Source: Candidatus Latescibacterota bacterium (GTDB lineage Bacteria > Latescibacterota > UBA2968 > UBA8231). From it: a DNA stretch of 64,000 nucleotides. Within the stretch, counting starts at the first letter, position 1. The number at the start of each line of letters is the position of its first letter. The stretch is from contig OZ253462.1 of NCBI GenBank assembly GCA_965261395.1, positions 1,888,001 to 1,952,000 on the forward strand, in the 5' to 3' direction. Position numbers and translations under genes: made by a program. Positions 57,801 to 64,000 of this stretch are shown piece after piece. Below the pieces are notes generated by a model, which was not told the origin of the DNA, ran no database searches, and saw only the letters and a program-made list of their open reading frames with translations.

Positions 57801-59378
57801 ATGAGCAAAATCATCCAGCTCGACGAGATCTCAGTCGACGAGATTCTCCGCAACATGACGCCGGCCAGGCTCTACGAAGAAGCGCTGCGCCACGAGCGCG
57901 GCTCCATCATTTCCGACCAAGGCGCCCTCGTGGTTTCCTCGGGCAACAAGACCGGGCGCAGCCCCAGCGACAAGCGCATCGTCTTCGACCCACAGAGCAG
58001 CGCGGACATCTGGTGGGGGGCGGTCAACATCAAGCTCCAAAAGCACACCTTTATGATCAACCTAGCGCGCGCCATCGACTATCTCAACACCTGCGAGCGA
58101 TTGTACGTAGTCGATGGATTCGCCGGCTGGGATCCCCAATATCGGCTCAAAATTCGCGTGCTTTGCTCCCGCGCATACCACGCGCTCTTCATGCACAACA
58201 TGCTCATCCGCCCGTCCGAGGCCGAGCTGGCCCAATTCGAGACGCCGGATTTTACCATCTACAATGCCGGCCGCTTTCCGGCCAACCGCTACACCCCGGA
58301 GATGACCTCCTCGACCAGTATCGACCTGAGCTTCGAGCGCCGGGAAATGGTGATTTTGGGAACCGAGTACGCGGGCGAAATGAAAAAGGGCGTGTTCACG
58401 GTAATGAACTTCCTCATGCCCAGAGCCGGCCTGCTGCCCATGCACTGTTCGGCCAATGCGGGAACTAGCGGCGACACCGCGTTGTTCTTTGGCTTGTCGG
58501 GCACGGGTAAGACCACGCTCTCGACCAATCCGCAGCGGCGGTTGATCGGCGACGACGAGCACGTCTGGAGCGCGGAGGGAATTTTCAATATCGAGGGCGG
58601 CTGCTACGCCAAGTGCATCGACTTGACCCCGGAGCAAGAGCCTGAGATTTTTCGCGCCATCCGCTTTGGCACGGTCTTGGAAAACGTCGTCTGCGACGAG
58701 GAGAGCCGCCGAGTCGATTACGCCGACGGCACGGTCACCGAAAACACTCGCGCGGCCTATCCCATCGACTACATCCCCAACGCGGCGATCCCCTGCACAG
58801 GTGGCCATCCTCGCGACATTGTCTTCCTCACCTGCGATGCCTTCGGCGTGCTGCCGCCGGTCAGCCGCCTGACGCCCGACCAAGCCATGTACCACTTCAT
58901 GAGCGGGTACACGGCTAAAGTCGCCGGCACCGAGATGGGTGTCACCGAACCAGAGGTCACGTTTTCGGCCTGTTTTGGCGCGGCCTTCATGGTCTGTCAT
59001 CCGAACAAGTACGCCGCCCTGTTGGCCGACAAGATCCGCACCCACAACGCGCAGGTCTGGCTGGTCAACACGGGCTGGACGGGCGGGCCGTACGGGGTGG
59101 GTACGCGCCTCTCGCTCCAGCACACCCGGGCGATTATCAGCGCGATTCACGCCGGAGCCCTCGCCGACGCGCCCACAGAGCCGGACCCGCGCTTCGGTTT
59201 TGACGTGGTGTGCGCGTGTCCAGACGTGCCCAGCGCGCTGATGGTGCCGCGGCAGACTTGGGCCGACGGATCAGCTTATGACGAGCGCGCTGGTCAACTC
59301 GCCGAGCTATTCAAGGCCAACTTCGCCGCTTTTGAGGACGGGGCTTCAGCGTCCGTAAAGCGGGCCGGGCCGGCGTGA
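57801..59378 (+). CDS. pckA: Phosphoenolpyruvate carboxykinase (ATP)
   Basis: [37 protein letters not shown]. Confidence 0.97.
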   Translation: MSKIIQLDEISVDEILRNMTPARLYEEALRHERGSIISDQGALVVSSGNKTGRSPSDKRIVFDPQSSADIWWGAVNIKLQKHTFMINLARAIDYLNTCERLYVVDGFAGWDPQYRLKIRVLCSRAYHALFMHNMLIRPSEAELAQFETPDFTIYNAGRFPANRYTPEMTSSTSIDLSFERREMVILGTEYAGEMKKGVFTVMNFLMPRAGLLPMHCSANAGTSGDTALFFGLSGTGKTTLSTNPQRRLIGDDEHVWSAEGIFNIEGGCYAKCIDLTPEQEPEIFRAIRFGTVLENVVCDEESRRVDYADGTVTENTRAAYPIDYIPNAAIPCTGGHPRDIVFLTCDAFGVLPPVSRLTPDQAMYHFMSGYTAKVAGTEMGVTEPEVTFSACFGAAFMVCHPNKYAALLADKIRTHNAQVWLVNTGWTGGPYGVGTRLSLQHTRAIISAIHAGALADAPTEPDPRFGFDVVCACPDVPSALMVPRQTWADGSAYDERAGQLAELFKANFAAFEDGASASVKRAGPA

Positions 59379-59425
59379 GAATTTGCCACCCAACAAAACC
59401 TTTCATCACCCATAAGGAGGAATCA

Positions 59426-60748
<1,323 letters not shown>

Positions 60749-60758
60749 GTGGCACCCC

Positions 60759-61811
60759 ATGAACGTCGCCGTCCTGCTCTCCGGTGGGGTCGATAGCTCC
60801 GTGGCCTTGGCGCTTTTGAGCCGCCAAAAGGGTCTCGCGCTCAAAGCCTACTATCTCAAGATATGGCTCGAAGAGGAGCTGTCCTTCTTGGGGGATTGCC
60901 CTTGGGAGACGGACTTGGCCTATGCACGTGCGACCTGCGAGCGGCTGGGGGTGCCGCTTGAGATCGTGCCGCTGCAAAGCGAGTACCGGGCGCAGATCGT
61001 CGAGCACGCTCTCACCGAATTGCGCCGGGGACGCACGCCTAGCCCGGACATCTTTTGCAATCAGCGCATCAAGTTCGGGGCCTTTTATCAACGGGTGGCC
61101 GGTGAGTGCGACCAAATTGCTTCGGGGCACTACGCTCGCGTCGAGGAGGACGCGGGCGGCTATCGGCTCCGCCGCGCCCCTGACCCGGTCAAGGACCAGA
61201 CCTATTTCCTCTCTAACCTGAGTCAGGCGCAACTGGCCCACATCCGCTTCCCCATCGGCCACCTGCACAAAGACCAAGTGCGCGCCCACGCCGCTGAATT
61301 CGACCTGCCGGCCAAGAACCGCCCCGACAGCCAAGGCATGTGCTTTTTGGGCAAGATCAACTACCGGGACTTCGTCCGCTTCCACTTGGGAGAGGCTCGC
61401 GGCGACATCGTCGAGCAGGCGAGCGGGCAAAAGAAGGGCGAGCACCCCGGCTATTGGTTCTATACCATCGGCCAGCGGCACGGCCTGCAACTCGGCGGCG
61501 GCCCCTGGTATGTGATCGACAAAGACATCGCCAACAACATCGTGTACATCGCCCACGGCAGCGCGCCGACGCGAGCCGGACGCCGCGAGCTAATCGCCGA
61601 ACAAATCCATTGGATTGCCGGAGCACCGGAGCAGGCCGTGCTCCAAGTCAAGCTGCGGCATGGGCCGGCCCTGACTCCTTGTCAGGTGCAGATGCTCGCG
61701 CCAGATCGCGCCCACGTTGCCTTATCCACGCCCGACCCCGGCATTGCTCCAGGCCAGCACGCAGTGTTCTACGACGGTGACGTTTGCCTCGGCGGTGGTG
61801 TCATTGCCTAG
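60759..61811 (+). CDS. mnmA: tRNA 2-thiouridylase MnmA
   Basis: SGGVDSS, PDIFCN, GHYA, KDQTYFL, DSQGMCF, PGQ. Confidence 0.95.
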   Translation: MNVAVLLSGGVDSSVALALLSRQKGLALKAYYLKIWLEEELSFLGDCPWETDLAYARATCERLGVPLEIVPLQSEYRAQIVEHALTELRRGRTPSPDIFCNQRIKFGAFYQRVAGECDQIASGHYARVEEDAGGYRLRRAPDPVKDQTYFLSNLSQAQLAHIRFPIGHLHKDQVRAHAAEFDLPAKNRPDSQGMCFLGKINYRDFVRFHLGEARGDIVEQASGQKKGEHPGYWFYTIGQRHGLQLGGGPWYVIDKDIANNIVYIAHGSAPTRAGRRELIAEQIHWIAGAPEQAVLQVKLRHGPALTPCQVQMLAPDRAHVALSTPDPGIAPGQHAVFYDGDVCLGGGVIA

Positions 61812-62157
61812 CCTAGCAGCCCTATAAACGTCCTCTCGCAACCGTACGTGTCTCCGCCCGCACTATGGCGCATTATTATTTTCTTGATGCGCGTCTGATA
61901 ATACCGTATCTCTCTACAGTATCCAGCAGAATTATGGGTGCGGCGCTGAATGGTTCAGCTATTCTTGTACCGAGTTGACCAAGCTGCACCAAGCTACAGA
62001 TTCGATCCCGGCGAAGCGGCATATCTGCATATTCGATTTTTTCCGAGACAGTTTTTCTCCATTGGCGGTGTGGTTCCTGCGGCCGCGTTATATCTTCGGT
62101 GATCGTCACGGGAGGTTGAGGGCGCTGGTCGCTATCAACTTACTCTAGGAGGGAGAA

Positions 62158-62490
62158 ATGGCACTCAGAATTATCGTTGGCCTGACGGCTCTTGTGGCCA
62201 TCATTCAGGGCTTGGCAGGGGACCCGATCGCAGGGGGCATCCTGACGCTCGCGCTAGTCGTCCTAGGCCTAGTGTACGGGGCGATAGCGATTGATGCCGA
62301 GGACGCGACAGCCTACTTGGCAGTCACAATTGCGGTCGGCGCTGCCGCAAGTGCGAACGTGCTGGACCAGGATATTCTCGACATGATAGGCGATCGCCTA
62401 GACGCCATCGTCGATCAGGCCAGCATCGCTCTATACGCCGGCGCTATAACCATACTCATCAGGAGGACAATCAACCGGCTCAAGGGTTAA
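62158..62490 (+). CDS. Small membrane protein
   Basis: AGGAGG RBS, 3-4 hydrophobic segments. Confidence 0.7.
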   Translation: MALRIIVGLTALVAIIQGLAGDPIAGGILTLALVVLGLVYGAIAIDAEDATAYLAVTIAVGAAASANVLDQDILDMIGDRLDAIVDQASIALYAGAITILIRRTINRLKG

Positions 62491-62495
62491 AAACA

Positions 62496-62586
62496 GGCGG
62501 ATGAGCGGCTGCAAGCGCAAGTCCGCCTCGATACCCGACCAGCCATGCATGACGCGCGTTGCATCTGCGAGAGTGGGTGCAACGCG
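62496..62586. terminator. Two hairpins between convergent genes
   Basis: AGGCGGA...TCCGCCT and CGCGTTGCA...TGCAACGCG inverted repeats. Confidence 0.45.
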
Positions 62587-62612
62587 GTGTCGCTTGGTGT
62601 GCTTCTGCGATC

Positions 62613-63614
62613 CTATCTTGTCTTTTCTGCGCTGGCTCGACATCGCAGACGACGATTATCCACGTCCTTCGCCACCTCAACCATCACTTTGAGTGCCTCT
62701 TGGGAGCTCGCCTCGTGCTCATCGGGCTTCTGGTTCAGCCCCCACGACGAACCCATGATCTTGTCGCAGAAGGCACCCGCAAACATCCGCTCCTCGTTTT
62801 CCCCCAGCACGTCGCTGAAAATTGTCACCGCCTCAAGCAAGATCTCCCGCTTCTGCGCAGCGGTCTCTCCGAATCCCATCGCGTTGTTGATGAACCGGCC
62901 GACGTCCAGACACGAGGCACCGATGACACCCTTAGGATCAATCGCCATCCATCCGCGATCTGCGTCAGACAGAATATTCCAGTGATGGAGATCGCCGTGT
63001 AGCAGCATTTGGGGTTCATCCGGCTCCATCAGGACTTCCATCATGGACTCCACGCGCGGAATCTGCTCGATATAGCCCCGTGCTCTCTCGGAATCCTTGC
63101 AGCTTCTGGCGTCCTCAAACGCACCTTGCATCCAATCCATAAAGTGCGGCAGTGTGTGGTTCGACGGCGGCGGAGTCGCGTGTAAATCTTGGAGGATACG
63201 CGCGGTGATCTCACTTTGCGCGCGCGCGTTCTCAACAGAATCTAGCATCTTGCCAGGATGCAGTCGTTCGAGCAGCATGGCGTTGAGCGCTTGGTCGCAG
63301 TCGATGAGCCGGTTGATCCCACGGCCTTCATAAATAGCCAACGCTTCCATTTCCGAGCTGAAATCGTCGTGTGGGACCCCCACCTTGAGCACGGCCTCTG
63401 TTCCATTGCCCATCTCGACATAGGCGATATAGTTGGCCTTGATCTCCTCGGTCGGCCGACCGAGTGCTAGGCCCCATTTATCGCAGCATCGCCTGAGAAT
63501 GGACGGCAGTTCCTCAAGCCATGCCTCGCCTTCCTTTCCAAAGCCGCTGGTCGCGTATCGAAGGAATCTCTCGGGAAATTTCGGTGCGTCCGAATCGGTT
63601 GCGTCGATTGGCAT
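62613..63614 (-). CDS. APH(6)/hydroxyurea-type phosphotransferase family
   Basis: AVLKV, MLLERL.PG, LHGDLHH.NIL, AIDPKG. Confidence 0.88.
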   Translation of the reverse strand: MPIDATDSDAPKFPERFLRYATSGFGKEGEAWLEELPSILRRCCDKWGLALGRPTEEIKANYIAYVEMGNGTEAVLKVGVPHDDFSSEMEALAIYEGRGINRLIDCDQALNAMLLERLHPGKMLDSVENARAQSEITARILQDLHATPPPSNHTLPHFMDWMQGAFEDARSCKDSERARGYIEQIPRVESMMEVLMEPDEPQMLLHGDLHHWNILSDADRGWMAIDPKGVIGASCLDVGRFINNAMGFGETAAQKREILLEAVTIFSDVLGENEERMFAGAFCDKIMGSSWGLNQKPDEHEASSQEALKVMVEVAKDVDNRRLRCRASAEKTR

Positions 63615-63702
63615 CTGCCTCCCTCTTTCTCAAAGGATCGAGGTCAGCCGCCTACAGGGTGGCCGCCGGCCGCCGGGGGTTGCAGACGGCTTTTCAGGAG
63701 TT

Positions 63703-64000
63703 TTACTCAAACAGGGGATTTTTCGCCCGGGTTAGCGGCAGGTCCACGGGCCGTTCTTCGAGGATGGATTGGTACGCGCCGCACAGCACCTCCACGCCTC
63801 TAGCCGCCGTGGCTATGTCGCTCTGGGGTGCAGGACCCCCTTCCAAGGCCGCGAGCAACTGGTCGATGGAGGAGGGGCATTGATGGCCGTCCAGATACTG
63901 GTCGAGCGGGCGGGCCCGGCCGGTCTCAACGACTAGGCCGGCGCCCGGGTCGAGGAAGAAATTGGCCCCTTCGAATTCAACGGTCAAGGCGTTGCGCGGA
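63703..64000 (-). CDS. C-terminal part of probable Gfo/Idh/MocA oxidoreductase (5' outside window)
   Basis: ARGVEVLCGAYQS...RPVDLPL C-terminal pattern. Confidence 0.6.
   Translation of the reverse strand, partial: PRNALTVEFEGANFFLDPGAGLVVETGRARPLDQYLDGHQCPSSIDQLLAALEGGPAPQSDIATAARGVEVLCGAYQSILEERPVDLPLTRAKNPLFE

Noticed and set aside
61876-62109. 77-aa ORF as a real gene
   Set aside because: No recognisable motif; possibly a remnant.

Overview
High-GC bacterial chromosomal segment. The FlgD-type C-terminal domain and the many SDR, enolase-superfamily and PhyH paralogues suggest a Latescibacterota/Gemmatimonadota-like FCB-group organism (inference only). The main feature is a minus-strand bacterial microcompartment (BMC) operon at ~24.1-32.8 kb. 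It encodes an acylating aldehyde dehydrogenase, EutN/CcmL pentamer, PduL, BMC-H, two tandem-domain shell proteins, a shell protein with FOUR BMC domains, a Cys-rich protein, two DHDPS-family enzymes and an FAD oxidase. An FAH hydrolase and a rhamnose mutarotase flank it. The overlapping 2-domain and 4-domain shell genes total six domains and are one base away from a single-chain hexamer. Also present: HigBA plus a Thoeris type II-like island (TIR + TM-Macro), a TroABCD/MntR metal system, an M28-like/AAC(3) fusion, a class I LysRS with a degenerate KMSKS loop, a 2-oxoacid/acetoin dehydrogenase whose E2 lacks the catalytic His, an ECF sigma/anti-sigma pair, comEC, and housekeeping genes (fbp, pckA, ahcY, mnmA, infA, hisA, rsmD, yhbY). 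Three genes carry single-base frameshifts that may be assembly errors. All assignments come from reading motifs by eye; no database searches were run.
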